Positions 25,965-41,464 of a DNA stretch of 64,000 bases are shown one piece after another. Made by a program: the position numbers and the translations under genes. Below the pieces are notes generated by a model. The model had not been told where the DNA came from and searched no databases. It saw only the letters and a program-made list of their open reading frames with translations. This DNA is from Octopus vulgaris (taxonomy: Eukaryota): contig OX597824.1 of NCBI GenBank assembly GCA_951406725.2, forward strand, positions 30,938,001 to 31,002,000, written 5' to 3'. Each line of letters opens with the position of its first letter. The first letter of the stretch is position 1.

Positions 25965-26616
25965 GTATGCCAAATTATTTTCTTATTGACTATAGTAAAC
26001 GAGGGTGAATGCTGTTGAAAACCGACATCTTGTGAAAGGAAATTTTTAGCATATGTGATTTCATGAAATTAGTAGTGGACCTAAGATTTATCAAAGTTTG
26101 CATGTTTGTGAGATTGGTTATCAGTAATGATTAAGAAATTGAAGTAGATATGAACTGAATATAATCAGTTATATTTATTCCATATTGTATTACATATTTC
26201 AAGGATAAAATTGCAAACCTAAGAAAACGAATTGAATTAACCGCGTTAAATTCAATGTTTAGATAATGTCAGTCATCATGACTTCTTATCATCTCAGCAG
26301 ATATATTATCAGACAAATATTTTCCATTGATCAGGATTTAAAATAATGGGACGTACACATAAATACAAAACACCTTTTCCCGTCGAGGGCTTATGTGCCC
26401 CAAACACTGGACTATTTTCTTTTGTCAAAACACGGTAATCGCTTATAAGCTTTAAGCTTTAAGCTTACAAATTATCGCTATTATTTACAGAATTGTCATT
26501 TGTTACTGCTTTTCACCTCATTGCATATATATATATAGCAGGTGGTGCTATTAAGTTAGACATGGCCTGGACCAATCTTTGGTCGAAACATATCTAAGTT
26601 TATCTAAGTTTAAGTT

Positions 26617-26655
<39 letters not shown>

Positions 26656-26679
26656 ATGTATATATATATATATACAAAT

Positions 26680-27206
26680 TAGATTAGAGATAAAACAACT
26701 ATTAGGCAAATCAAACAGTGAAAAACATAAAACAAAACAAAAAACTGTATATAATTAATATAACATTCCAAATAGATAAAATTTAAAATTAAATCATTTA
26801 AAATTTATAATTTATATTTATAAATTTTTATATTTATATTTTTTAAATTTCAAATTCATAAATGGTATATTCTTTTAATTTTTAAATTTTTAATAAATAA
26901 ATAAATAAATATAAATATTAAAAAATTAAAAGTTTAAAAATTTATAAATTTAAAAAATATAAAAAATATATGAAAATTTATAAATATAAATTAAAAATTT
27001 TAAATTTAAATAATTTAATTTTAAATTTTATACTTTATATATTTAGTATAATATATTAATTATATTTATTTTTATCGTTTGGTTTATGTTTTTCACTGTT
27101 TGATTTGCCTAATAGTGGTTTTATCTCTAAGTTGATTTATATTTATACTGTAAAATTTGATTTAATCCTAAATCTAATTTTTCTCTGTAAGTCTGGATTT
27201 ACATCC

Positions 27207-27215
<9 letters not shown>
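26680..27215. repeat. AT-rich fold-back built from the terminus of the AT-rich Penelope-like element
   Basis: ttagagataaaacaactattaggcaaatcaaacagtgaaaaacataaa vs tttatgtttttcactgtttgatttgcctaatagtggttttatctctaa; same sequence at 9025-9075 and 36758-36807. Confidence 0.75.
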
Positions 27216-27252
<37 letters not shown>

Positions 27253-27261
27253 TATATATAT

Positions 27262-27339
<78 letters not shown>

Positions 27340-27340
<1 letters not shown>

Positions 27341-27976
27341 TAGCAGTATCGCCCGGCGTTGCTCGGGTTTGTAAGGGAAATAACTATATAAACATTTTTA
27401 GAGAGTTATAGCCAAAAAATAGCCAAAAATGCATTAAAAATGGAAAAAATATGATGGTAAATTTTTTTAAAAATCGTTGACTCATCGTAGACATTTTTAG
27501 AGAGTTACTTCCCTTATATAATAGCGAAAAAATGCATTAAAATGGAAAAAAAACGATGGTAAATTTTTTTTTAAATCGTAGACTCATGTAGACGCTTTCT
27601 TAGCCATTTCTGTTTTGGTGTCTTCAAGCCATGAAATCGTTGTTCTAAAAGAACGCTGGTCTCCTTGACAATGCATTACGACGTTGATTTCCTTACACTC
27701 CCTTCCCCACAGGTGCAGGTGTGAGCGTGGACGCCAACTCCGCCGCCATCGACACACGAAAAATTATGCATTAAAATGGAATAAAAAATGATGTTAAATT
27801 ATTTTTAAAATCGTAGACTCATCGTAGACGCGCGCTAATACTCAGACGGGCTCGATATGAATCACGACTATAAGCTACCCGAATTTGGTTAAACTGCACC
27901 GCAAAATGTGGGAGTAGTTAGGAATCTAAATCGAAGGGGACAGACACTCACACAACTACAGTCTTATATATATAGA
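27340..27976 (-). mobile_element. Complete non-autonomous Helitron
   Basis: On minus strand: 5' TC(TATATATAAG), subterminal GC hairpin CCCGAGCAACGCCGGG, 3' CTAG, inserted between A and T without TSD. Confidence 0.85.
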
Positions 27977-27984
27977 TATACATA

Positions 27985-28590
27985 GCGCAGTAGTGGTGAG
28001 ATGTGACAGCAAAGAAAAGCATACATTCACTCTCTGCATGCAATTAGACTCGGAAAGTTCGTGAGGAACCCATTGACCCAATTTGCTGACTTTTCCGATA
28101 GCACACAGGTCTCAATGAATGGTTGAATGACCAAATCCAAGCTTCTCTGCTAGTTCCTCAACAGTTACGATGAGATTTTGTTCCACCAGGGTTTTCAGGA
28201 TGTCCTTGTCGAGTTCTACAGATCTTTCAGGATGAGGCTCGTCTTCTAGGCTGTAGTTTATGGCTCGGAATTTCTGGAACCACCATTGACACTGCCTTAC
28301 GCCTATTGTCCAATCCCCATATACTGCATTAATATTTCTTGTACTTTCCGTTGCGTTGTTATCTTTATTGAACTCATAAAGCAAAATATGCCAAATATGC
28401 TCCTTTGTTACTTCCAACATAGCTTTGAAAAAAATAGCTGTTAAAATCGAAATGCACTCTTCAAAACTTGCACTATGAATAAGGACAAGATAAAATTACT
28501 ACCTGCTTTTATAGGAAGTTAATATAAGTAGTTTATCCCATTCCCCTCTGACTTTTAGTTCAAGCTGTTGAAAAAACCGCATTATTATAT
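27985..28590 (-). mobile_element. mariner transposon 5' half
   Basis: ORF 28112-28420 HIWHILLYEFNK..NATES.RNINAVYG...QWWFQKFR..SLEDEP is a mariner HTH. Confidence 0.85.
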
Positions 28591-28843
28591 ATATATACAT
28601 ACATACATACATACATATACACACACACTCTCTCTCTCACACACATGCACACATTTATATTCTGTTATTCTTTTATATGTTTCAGCCTTGAGGTTGTGGC
28701 CATGCTGGATCATGTGTGTGTGTGTGTGTGTGTGTTTATCTGTCTGTCTGTCTGTATGTATATATGTATATGTATGTGTGTGAACAATAATATTTTCAAC
28801 AGATGTGTTGCAAATGTATCTGATTGTTCTCAAGCTTCAATAC

Positions 28844-29047
28844 TGTGTGTGTGTGTGTATGTGTGTGTGTGTGTGTATGTATATGTATGTATGTATGTGT
28901 ATGTATGTATGTATGTATGTATGTGTGTATGTATGTATGTGTGTGTGTATGTATGTATGTGTGTGTGTATGTATGTATGTATGTGTGTGTGTATGTGTGT
29001 GTGTGTGTAGGAATGTATGTATGCATGTATGTATGTATGTATGTATG
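28844..29047. repeat. Compound (TG)n/(TATG)n microsatellite
   Basis: Seen directly. Confidence 0.95.
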
Positions 29048-29049
29048 AG

Positions 29050-29545
29050 TGTATGTTTACTTTATTACTAACACAAGCCACTACGGTTATTTAATGTAAA
29101 GTCTTCCTCAAATCACTCTCTCTCGCTATTTACTCTCTTCCAAGAACATTTTCACTCACTCTTATGTCTTAGCTTCCCATACATTTTACTCATGTATCTA
29201 TCAGCGTCATAGACAGAAACAAATATTACATCGCCATCGTCACCGCATTCTATTGTCTACCTGTCAACACACTGAATTACTTTCACTTTATTCGTAGCAC
29301 ACAGTGTGTGTGCGTTTGCGTGTGCTGTAAACGAGACTAAGAAAAGCATTTGACATACACACCAGAATGTGAGTTTTCTGTAAATTTTGCTTAATTGGAG
29401 TTTAAATTTTAAAAACTGGACCTGGCATGACCCGATGCATTCTACTCTTAAAAATGCTAGGTAAATTGTAATTGAAGAAACCTATATTGTAGATTTCTAT
29501 AAGATACAAAGGGAGGCAGATAAAATCTGCCTTTTATAATAAGAG

Positions 29546-29547
<2 letters not shown>
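29050..29547 (-). mobile_element. Helitron-like non-autonomous repeat (5' part)
   Basis: Minus strand begins ATCTCTTATTATAAAAGGCAGATTT, the same terminal style as the other Helitron. Confidence 0.45.
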
Positions 29548-29585
<38 letters not shown>

Positions 29586-30574
29586 TCCTAGCATACATCA
29601 CGCATATTACTGAACGCGAGGTGCACGGTGGTATGCACTTGTCCATGAAGGCAGGTGGTGTAACTGGGCAAGATGAAGCTTGTAATCAAACTTCATAATT
29701 ATACATATATACCTACACATGGACTTTGTTATCAAATTTGTGTTGCTTCCATTTGCAAGTGTAGTTCATAGAACCTTACCAAACTTAGTAGACAGTTCAG
29801 ATTGTATTTCGTCTGCGCGAGTAAAATCTCTTTGACTTCAGCTTACGTAGATTTCTTTGGAAAGTGAAGTTCTTAGAGGAATAGGGACATATGAAGAATT
29901 GCCATTCTGCGAGTGACAAACCTAATGTAGTGACATCAGGATTCCTTGTACTGCTTGATCCCACTTAACGTTCGATTTTACCTAAATCTATAAATAGAAA
30001 TTTTAATCCTTACAATGAATTTTTATATGAATTTTTGAAGAATGGGGCGAGGCATGTCCAACTGATCACATCAGACTGGATTTTATTTTTCAGCTTCTAC
30101 TACACCACTTTGCTCAAACTTGCTGGTATGGAGGTCTCGTTTGTTATGGGCTTAGATCTCAAATAAAAAGCAATATGTTTCAAATTTATGATGCTTTTCT
30201 TATTATATTCATAAAAGTTTTGATTTTAAGGAAATTAATTGTAGCTTTTCCCGTACAATTTAGGTTTCTTTTAATGGTAATTATAGCCACAGCTACAAGA
30301 ATATAGGGTATGCCGGAGTGAAACGACTAGAGGTACTGAACCATATTGAGGTTTTTGGCGTGGAAATTAAGTGAACCTTTGTTTAAAACTGCCTGTCCTC
30401 CTCCTACTATGCTCAGAGAAAATAACTAACACTAAAATATTTCGTAACTCTTTGCAGTTCATAGAATAGAAACAATTACTAAAAGTAGAGTTGATGAAGC
30501 CTCCGAATAAATTTGTGACTTTTACATCGTACGATGAACGTGATGTTTGTTTTTATTTAAAAGTGTACATACAT

Positions 30575-31265
30575 AAAAAAACTCGTTTCTCTACCCACAT
30601 TTCGTTTCTCAGTCGCTGCTTATATCACCGCCTCATCCCTAAATGTATCCGCCTCCATTTTAACCCCACTCTCTACTCTGCTACAACCATCCTACCCATA
30701 CTCCGTACTACATCCTACCGCCTTATGCGTGCCACTATTCGCTCTAATCACTCCAAAATACGCACCATCGAAAGTCTTCTTCATCTTGCTTTTTCCATCT
30801 TCTCCTCTCAGTCGCCCTCCCATGCCAACACCACATTACGTTGCATAATCCATTTACATCATCTCTTTCATCAATTTCTCGCTAACACCAAAGAACATAA
30901 ACTCCACTCACTCCTCCATTCCATCACACCCGATGCCACTACCCCAACTCCGCTACTACACCTCTCTGTCCCTGATACCCTCCAAACACCCGTCCTTCCA
31001 GCCCCAACACACATACCCCCATCTCTTCCCTCCCAGCCTTCCACCATCCCTTCCAACACTCTTACTTCTACCCCATCGCTTCTCTTAGTTCTATCCCGTC
31101 CACCCTCCTACTTCTATCCATCCACCTCTTCACCGCTTCAGTCTGTACTTACCATTCCTCCAGATCTTCCCTTCTCTGAGGCGGAGCGCTCCCTCCTCAG
31201 TAAGGGAATGCGCTTCATTCTCCTCACTCCACCCAGCAATGAATTTCGGACTCGTGCCGACATAA
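30575..31265 (+). mobile_element. Penelope-like element ORF N-terminal fragment
   Basis: TRFSTHISFLSRCLYHRLIPK...VLTIPPDLPFSEAERSLLSKGMRF typical of the pre-RT Penelope region; replaces the RTE 3' end in copy 2. Confidence 0.75.
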
Positions 31266-32455
31266 AGAGCCATAATGCACCAGTTCTTTGTGAAACCTTT
31301 TACACGAGAGGATCTGACGACGTGCTATCTGATTTAATAGAAGCTTGTATGTGTTGCATGGAACAAATTGCCCAGTTATAACACTGGGCATTTTGTTGGG
31401 GATCCCAATCTCATGACCACAAAGAATCACGACAGTCAAAACCAAAACCCTTTGTTAAATCATCAAAATCATAAATATTTCACTTTTCATCTCCCGTACT
31501 TCCTCTGTTACATGCGGCAAGTAACATATATATATATGTATATCATGTCAATAGTTTCTCTCCCAGCTCTAAAGATTCAGGGTAAACATGGTTTCCCAAG
31601 TGAGTTTCATATTCTGTTGAAAACAACTTGAGCAAAGATTCTGTCCTCTACAGATGAGAATTCAGTTACAAATTGAATCGATATTTTATACCTCGGAAAT
31701 ACTTTGTTCTACAAATTGCGTTCCAGATCTACTTCGTCCCACCGTACACATACACACTGAAATTAATGTTCTCCTACCTTTATAGTTGCTCCTTTCCCTT
31801 TCACTCCGATTCTACCTACTGAATTACTGTATTTGTAATTAGAAAATCCACATTTCTTCTGACATTCTGCTCCGCAACCAAAACTTTTACTCTGTCTGCG
31901 CACTAACTTCGTCCGGGTTCTCTTCCGCCTTTCATTTGCATCCAATACGAATAGGAGTCCTCACTTTGGTGATAGCTGGATCTCTAAACTCCTTTATTCT
32001 TAAAACGACATGTAACGTGTTTGCATTGAATTCTTCGCCCACCGATGTCAATAACAGTGGTAGTTACCCTGAATGACCAAATAGTGCAATATAAAATGAT
32101 ATTCTTTTCATTCCCATCCTTTTCCTATAGTTATTATTCTTCATTTATTGCATTTGTCCATTCATTACAATTGCTACATCTCATAAGACTAGCGGCTCCA
32201 CAACATGTTTGTAAACTATATTGACAACACAAGAGCCTTACATTTCCACATCTCAATGTCTCGTCTTTCACATATAATTCTTACACACTACAAAGACTAT
32301 CAGTCACGTTACACTCGTATTACTATCCTGGATCTATTATTCCCTATTTTGAAACCCAAGGAATGTTCTCGCCATTTGCCTGAAACCATTTTCCATCCAC
32401 CTTATATATTCTGCGGAACACACGCCTGCTTTTCTTCACCTTGAACTATATCTGT
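31266..32455 (-). mobile_element. Degenerate RTE LINE, copy 2
   Basis: Paralogue of 5088-6310. Confidence 0.8.
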
Positions 32456-34801
32456 GTTTAAAAAATCAGCTCTTCGATCTTTCACACTTATTTATCTGGT
32501 AATTCTCAGAAGATTTACAATGGACTGTAATAGCAGATGCTCTTAGCCTTGTCTTGAAACTAATGCGAAAAACTATCTTCAAATGTGAGATGCAGACATG
32601 CTAATCAAATTTGCTGCAATGTATGCAAAGACACCAATGAACACTTGGAATAAATACTACACGAAATAATTACAAGGAATCAGTTGTACTGAAGTTTGAA
32701 AATATACAAGAGGCACGCTAATGCTTGTTTGATGACTGTTTCCTTATTAAATAACATTTAGAGACACTTTAGCAGACTTGAGTATTCTTCTGAACAATTT
32801 TCACCAAACTCTGAAGTTTGCATAGGAGACGAACATAACAAAATTGAGGTTTCCTGAAATAACTGCAATTCTAAAAAAATACCAACATCATATATATATA
32901 TTATAAAGTCAGATACACATAGGTGCAAGGAATTTAAATCATTCAGTTTAGTACATACACATCGTAACATTCCACAGTGTATAGCCAGGAAAATTTATGT
33001 CATCGCTATTAGTATCAGAAAAGAACGACGACTCACAGAACAAATACAATTTTTATTTCAGCAAAACAATCCGACGTAAATTGTACAAAGTTTTATTGAA
33101 TGTGTGAAACAAATACCCAAATAACAACTTGGAGCGCCCTCTAAAATACGAACAGAAGCCACTTTATTGGGGGACCTAATCCACGTGATAAGAAAATGTT
33201 TACCGTTGTCAAATCAAACTTGCCAGTTATGAGGCAAATTGGTACATCAAATTATTTGATAACCAATCAAACATGTTTAAAGAAAAACTTGTGGCAGTTG
33301 AAGGCAAAGCCAAACTTTGATCTGAATTGTAAAAATATATATTGGCAAGACTAAGTTACATTATCAAAACACATACGTGTACACGATTAGTTAATTAGCA
33401 ACTTTAATGTCAACTAAGTATCATTAAGTATCATTTGGAAATATGCTGCAATAAAACTGAACTTAATCATACTAACAAGCTACGCTTTTATTTTGTTTTT
33501 ACACTTGTTAATTTTTTTACACTAATTCAGTTTTATAACCAGTTCATTTACAGACTTACAATTTCTCGAGACATTTTATAAAGGATTAACCAAACACTGA
33601 ACGCCAAACACACTCAAACATAAGCCATTTCAATTTAAAAATATGTTTCACCATTGTTATAGAACCTGCTCGCTGATAACCAATGTCTGTATTAGAGTTT
33701 GGTTTAGTGTATGCTATATATTGCTTCCTTAATTGATTGTTTACACTGTCATAACAAAAAAAATTATCCCCTTTCGATGTAAAATCTAAATCAAAGGCGA
33801 AATTGTAAGTAAAAATATATCGAGAAATATATATTTATCTATATACCTACGCTTGTAAGAATTCTCTAGAAGCCCTATGAATGTATACTTCCTGTGTGTG
33901 AAACTTGTATTTTCCCCAAATGTTTTTAGAGCAGGAACTGAACAGCACTAAACTGGTTATACAGACTAGATTTAACGTATTTTATTATCTATACCACATA
34001 TCACATAAACACGCAAAGTGGCACAGACACAGACAGACAGACAGAGACACACATACAGGCACACACACACTCGTACATATATATAGAGATGAGAAGAAAA
34101 ATGCATATACATATATATAATCACACAGGCACATACACAGCCACACACACACACACTCATACATAGTTGAAATTTATAGGAAAACAAAAGGTGACGACAG
34201 GAGTATGAACATCAAGCAAGTGTATTAGTTTGACGCTCGAGAAAATTAAAATGATTCTTGTGTTTCGAGCCTACGCTCTTCAACAGAAAAGAATGAAAGA
34301 AAATAAACAGAGAGAAAATGAATAAAAAACTTATAGATTTCAGCGGTGCAGCATGACGATATATATCCGCGGAATTCGCTTATCCTGGGTTTCTGTCGTA
34401 AAGGACGTCTGTTTACACGAAAGGCAGATGCCAGAAAAGGAATCATGTGGGCATGGATTTGATTCTTTTTATTTCGTTGCATCTTGAAGAAATGTAATTT
34501 TCTAGAGTATGTCGACACATAATTTATGAGTACAAGTTGATGCAAACTGTATTGTAGACCATCAGATGGGTTGTAGGCATAGTCCACATATATAACCTTT
34601 TCACATGCTATTTTACACTCATTGCAACTGAGTATTACATAAACATATCAGCATGTGTGGGATGCTCAGTCATTCTGTCGCTTTATCAATGAGCAGGAAA
34701 TTCATTTGATCGAAAATCTAAAATCTCATCTTTGAACCAGATGGAGATACACACGTATATACACTCGCAAGTAGATATAATAAACATTGTGACTGCATGA
34801 C

Positions 34802-34873
<72 letters not shown>

Positions 34874-35199
34874 TTATTGGTAAAAACGGTAAGATAACAA
34901 AAGAAGAAAGACACCTCGATATTATGTAAATGTTTACTATGAACTTTTAACCTTATCTTAATTAGCGGTCATTTAATTAGCGCTATTATATAAGTAGCGG
35001 ACTGTAACACAGTAATTTCCCTTTGTATAACGGTCTTTTTTCGTAGCGTTTTTCAGATGGCCAGATAACCGAAGAGATAGTGTTGTGGATTTCCACCTCG
35101 GCATCCGAAACTCAGAGTTTTATCTTGGCTACCGATGAATTGTCACATATTATTTTACATATATATATATATATATATTTGAGTAGTGGTATGAATTAT

Positions 35200-36395
35200 C
35201 TTATTACGGAAAATTCGAAAGATAACCGATACCTGGGTAACAAATTCACATCAGAAAGAACACGGTTGAAGCTACGTCCCTAGGGCATAGACTACGTGCC
35301 TTCGTGCGGAAATTTGTATGTTTATTTTAAAATTATAAGTATATGAAAGAATGGAGTTGAACGACTAGTCAACAAGTATCCTTTATTTTCGACATATGCA
35401 TCGAAGGCTGCATATTCCTAATTCCGAAGGAATAAGGAGTACATTATGCAGATTTCTCACCAGGAAAATAAAGGAACTTATGTCGACATCAAAATGCACA
35501 AAAAACTTTTAGCTGACCTCTCTCAAGAAGCCCATGGCGATAATGAGTGTCTCTTTATAAGGAGTGACGTCAGAGTGGCTGAATGTAGAAGAATCTAGAA
35601 GGTTCTAAACGTTCAAGGGTTCAAACGAAGTAGGAGGAGGGAGGCATAAGAATAGTAAGGTGAGAGAGTGCAGGTCAAAAGAATGGTGGGTTTAAATGAT
35701 TTCTTTTATGAATGAGTGCCTGTGTGTGTGACTGTATATAACTGTCTTAATGTGTGTATGTGTGTGTCTGAATGTGTGATTGTGTCTGTGGATCGGTAGA
35801 TGTCAGAAAACTGACAGCTGTTAGGTGAGAGGTCTGTGTCTGTGTGTTCGATTATGTTTACTGTAGAGAAAATAAAGTAGATAGCGAAAGGGAGAAAGAA
35901 TCGTGCGAGGCGAGAGGCAACGCAAGAATGGATAGTAGTAATTGGGAATATAAGAAAATCTTTTTGACTATTGGGGTGAAATATAGCAAACATGTTTTTT
36001 GGAAATCGAGTGTGTATCTATATTAGTCACTATTTACATGAGTGAAAGGTGTCTTTTCCAGTGTAAACACCTGTAGGATCTTTCGACGATTGTATTTATT
36101 AAAGGGACTTTGGCGAACAAAATATGAAAAAGTTCGGAATTACAGATGCCACAAAATTTTCTGCCTTTATCAAACGGGAAGGACACCGACAAAATGGACC
36201 ATTCGAGCTTGAACATAGTGTTATTGTTCTTCAGACGCCAGACTAATTTGCTTAGCCCCGTGCTGTGTTGCTTTCTCTTATCTCTGAAAGTGGAATAATG
36301 GATGGAGATTCTTTGGGCTAATTTAGAAGAAGTTGCACCAATGTAGAAGTAGACATCGGTTCCAGAAGAGATTTTGCATTAGTAAATGGTGGATT
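35200..36395 (-). mobile_element. Penelope-like element 3' part (GIY-YIG plus tail with decayed hammerhead)
   Basis: IY*CKISSGTDVYFYIGATSSKLAQRISIHYSTF...STGLSKLVWRLK...CGICNSE. Confidence 0.8.
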
Positions 36396-36572
36396 CCTAT
36401 ACGCTAGAGATAGACGACAAATCGCCTTGCCACAAAGAGTGTGTTCTCAAGAAAAAACCCCAGCAAATGCCAAAATGTAAAAAATGAACAAATCAAATGA
36501 AAATTTATAAAATATATCGATTATCTACGTATCATGATTTCATTATTAATACTTTTAATTACATATATATAA

Positions 36573-36609
<37 letters not shown>

Positions 36610-36627
36610 GTGAGAGGGAGGGTATAT

Positions 36628-36729
<102 letters not shown>

Positions 36730-39700
36730 TATACAGTATAAATATATAAAATATAAATTAGGGATAAAACCACTATTAGGCAACTCAAATAGTGATAGAC
36801 ATAAACCAATACATAAGTAACAAATAATATAAATATAATTAATATAATATATAATATATGTATATAAAATATGAAATAATAAATATAATATAATAAATAA
36901 AATCACTACGTACGTTTCATGGATATAATTAAATTCGAATTATATTAAGTTTAAATTTAATTGAATTAAATTCGAGCTAAAATTATATTCAATCATCAGG
37001 TTAATGAAAATAGTTAAATAAATAAGCAAATAGAGTTAAACAATTTTTTTAAAGAAATAAATAAAATAATAATTTTTCTTATAAAAAATTTCCATTGTCT
37101 AAATTAGAAATTTAAAACATTAGGATCATGTCATACAACCCATTTTTTATGTTAAATATTTATTTTCAAGGTAAAAAATAGATAGCGATATATATTTATC
37201 TATGAAGATAATAAATTAATTAATCCATTATTACTTCCATAAATATTAAATATTAATATAATATATTTATGAAATACATAAAAAATTAAAGATTAAGAAT
37301 CAAATTATAAAGGTATAACCTATCTGAAAAGAACCGTATAACTATTTTACGATCAATATATCTCGTTGGCTAAGTAAAATCTTACAAATAACGTACAGTT
37401 ATAATCCAATAATTAAATGCATATCATCAACAACAAAATAATTATAGAATCAAATTAACAATCAGTAGTTATATATTTTACAATACAATACAATAAAACG
37501 TATTAAAATATCTGAAAAAATCTTAAATAGAAAAGGTTTACTTAGCTTTCAAAAAACGTATCCTTAACTAAAATTATAATAAACAGTTGGAAAATTCTTT
37601 TAACAATAAAAACTTCGAATATATTTTATCAATAAAAATTACAAGTAAATATTATCAATGGAAAATACAGCTATATTTTAGCTATAATATGTAAAGAGAA
37701 CAAAGTCTCTATTAGAGATATCTATGAAGATATAATATGAATGTAAAGAAACATAATAAACTCACAAATATCCTTAACTCATTTATAGTCCAATATTTAA
37801 TTACTAAATTATGAAACTAAGTAATCACTATTCATATTTTTAGATTTAAGTTCACATCTAATAATTATGAAATATTTAAAAATAATAACTAAATTATTAT
37901 CAACAAATATTGTAATTAAAATCTAAAATTTACGCTATCAATAAATATATAGACATAAAATGAAAAATAAATAAATTAATTAGTCCAATATTACTTGCAT
38001 AAATATTAAATATTAATATAATATATTTTTTAAATACATTAAAAAATTAATGATGAAAAATCAAATTATAAACGTATAACCTATCTTTAAAGAACTGTAT
38101 AACTATTTTACGACCTACATATCTCGTTGGCTTAGCAATAATCTTACAAATAACGTACAGTTATAATCTAATAAGTAAATACATATCATCAACACCTAAA
38201 TAATTATAGAATCAAATTAACAATCAGTAGTTATATAATATACAATACAATGCAATAAAACTTATTAAAATATCTTTAAAAATGTTAAATAGAAAGGGTT
38301 TACTTAGCTTTCAAAAATCGTGTCATTAACTAAAATTTTAAAACAGAAAACGTCTTTTAAGCTTTTTTAAGAATACTCATGAAATTACTTTATTAACAGA
38401 AATAGAATACACAGAGGGAAAATTCTTTTAACAATAACTAGGAATATATTTTATCAATGAAAATTATGAATAAATATTATCAATGGAAAATACGGCTATA
38501 TTTTAGTTATAATAGATAAAGAGAACAAAGTCACTATAAGATATAAAATCACTATATATTATAAAATTTACAATTAAAAATAACTACAATAAATTATACT
38601 CAATACTCTATAAATTATATAATTTATATAACTACCAATTACTGTATATACTCAAAAATTATATAAAAATTAATTAATTTATATAAAAAAGGTAACGTTG
38701 TAGTCAAATCTATATTTAAATAAAATAAAAAATAGCTATTAGACACATCACATTCAAAATTAATTCAGTAGTAATTCAAACATTATCTATATTATGACCA
38801 CTAATTAATATAAAACTATATTCTAACAAAATTCATTATATAATATTAATTAAATAAACATCTAAATAAATCTATACCGAAATATATAAAAAATACATGC
38901 ATATTGATTAATTTAATAAATTTATTACAAACTATATACTTGACTGTAGTATAAAATAAATATATATTATATATGATATTAATACTCAAAACAAATGCTA
39001 AACAATAACAAATTAAACTTATTATATAGGTAAACTAATTTATATTTAGATCCAATACTTCGTTCTTTAATTGAATAAATAAGGTACATATCAACATTAT
39101 AAAAAAGTATTACATAAAGAAAAAAATTATCATCCTATACATTCAAAATTGTAAACCATCAGTTAATCTATATTCATTAAATATATTAAATATTTAATAA
39201 TAAAATAAACATCTAAATATAATCTAACTATAAGTATTTAAAGAACTTTAACTAACTCTTATTGGCTAAGACTCAAACCACATACAGAATTGCAAACCCA
39301 ACACTACTATCATTAATTAATACATTTATTTAATTTATTTAATTTTTTAATTATTTATTTAATAATATTAAATTAAACTTATTAAAACATGTAATATATA
39401 TTATAAATCACATACTAAATTTTAGAATTAATACTAGTACATATAACTACAAATTAGAAACAAAAAAGGGTTTAAATATAGTTTCTATTTATGTAAAAAT
39501 TTATTATATAAGTAAAGTAATCTGTGTCTACATTTAATTTTACACTCGTCTAGTGTATTCTCTAAATTATTAAGTGCATTAAATAAAATTTCATTAAACT
39601 CACAAGAACATACATAAATAACAATAATTGCTAGCTATACTATATTTTTTGGCCTTACAAATTATCTCCCACTTTAAATTATACCTAGTTCTTTGGGATT

Positions 39701-40236
39701 TTACCCCCATATGTATTTGCTAATCCCTGTAGAGTTTATAAGATTTTTATTTTTAAATGAATGCATAGGCTGTGCGATTTTTAATTTTATTTTAGAAGAA
39801 GTGGACCCTATATAAATGGCGTCTAAGTTATTATTATTCCTATTATTATATTTAATTAATGTAACTATACATTTATATAGAACATCGTTTAAAATCACAT
39901 TTATTATTAAAAATACAATTTGTTTTATCCCTACATGTACAATCATTGAGTGTCTTATCTTTATTTTTATTGCCATGATTAAAAATTTTGTTTTACGAAA
40001 ATTATTCAATTTACATTTGTTAAAAGAAGAAATAATGTAACCTACAATATTAGTGTTAGAATAACCTACTCCAAGATTATTATTAGAGATATGTTTTTTA
40101 TATTTACGATTATCATGAAGAAATTGTTCAATAATATCTAAAATCTCTTGAATAATGTTGGTTTTAACATCTGCCCCATAAGGAACAATTAACCAAATTT
40201 TTCTTCTTCTTCTTCTTCGTCTTATGATTATTATTA

Positions 40237-40316
<80 letters not shown>

Positions 40317-41416
40317 GTACTATTATAATTCATCATATTAATATTATCACTATTATTATTATTATTATTATTATTATTGTTATTATCACTATTATTATTA
40401 TTACCATTGCGTTTTTTTCATTTCCTTTTAATACTATTAAAATTATTATTATAATTATCATTTATTGAATTAATATTAAAATTCGTCTTATTTCTATTCT
40501 TATTTTTATTTTTATTGCCATAAGTACTACAATTATTAATATTACTACTACAATTACTACTAACTTTACTATCATAATTATTATAATTATTATTATTATT
40601 TATTTTCTTTATTAAAGAATTTAATATTATTATTATATCCTGCCTCTCGAAGGGCTTCATAAATATAAGGTACATATTTATTGAAAATCTGTAAATCATA
40701 AGAAAGTAATGATATTCGTTTACTTATAACGATTTTTTAATTGATGGTGGGTGATTACTATTAGCATATATATCTATGGTTTTCATTAAATTTATGATAT
40801 GGTTTTGTTTTACCCGTTATTAGATTAAAATTAATATCTAAATAATTTACATTATACTTCTTATTATATATAGTAATACTTAAACCATATCTTTTAAAGA
40901 AACTATAAAGTTTCTTTTTATATAATTCTAGCTTCCTATTAGTGCAATTCTTTGTAATTATTAAAAGGTCATCCCTATATAAACCCCCCTCTAGTTTTAA
41001 ATTTTCTAATTGAAGTTCAGATAATAGATAAATACCTACCAAATTCGTAGATTGTAAAGAATCGGGTGCTCCCATAAGTATATCAAAATAGTCCCTAGTA
41101 TCCTTCCTAGCCCATTATTTATTATTGTATCTAATAAACGATTTGCATGACATTTTAATTACATTAACCTCGTCAAAAGTCCTTCCTAACTTATTCATTG
41201 CGTATACTAGGGCCTTATTAAACACAATTTCATTACTCTTTTACTTGTTTCAGTCATTTTACTGCGGCCATGCTGGAGCACCGCCTATTGTCGAGCAAAT
41301 CGACCCCAGGACTTATTCTATCGGTCTCTTTTGCCGAACCGCTAAGTGATGGGGACGTAAACACACCAGCATCGGTTGTCAAGCAGTGCTAGGGGGACAA
41401 ACATAGACACACAAAA

Positions 41417-41464
<48 letters not shown>

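Noticed and set aside
26301-26438. Candidate final galectin exon (IYYQTNIFH*SGFKIMGRTHKYKTPFP...)
   Set aside because: In-frame stop and no convincing VNG...HR...GD motif; cannot be supported
29205-29300. Exon-like segment with HRI / LPVNTL motifs
   Set aside because: Lies inside a Helitron-like dispersed repeat
29582-29698. ITHITEREVHGGMHLS resembling a galectin C-terminal strand
   Set aside because: No proper acceptor (preceded by a TA repeat) and only weak similarity; left unannotated
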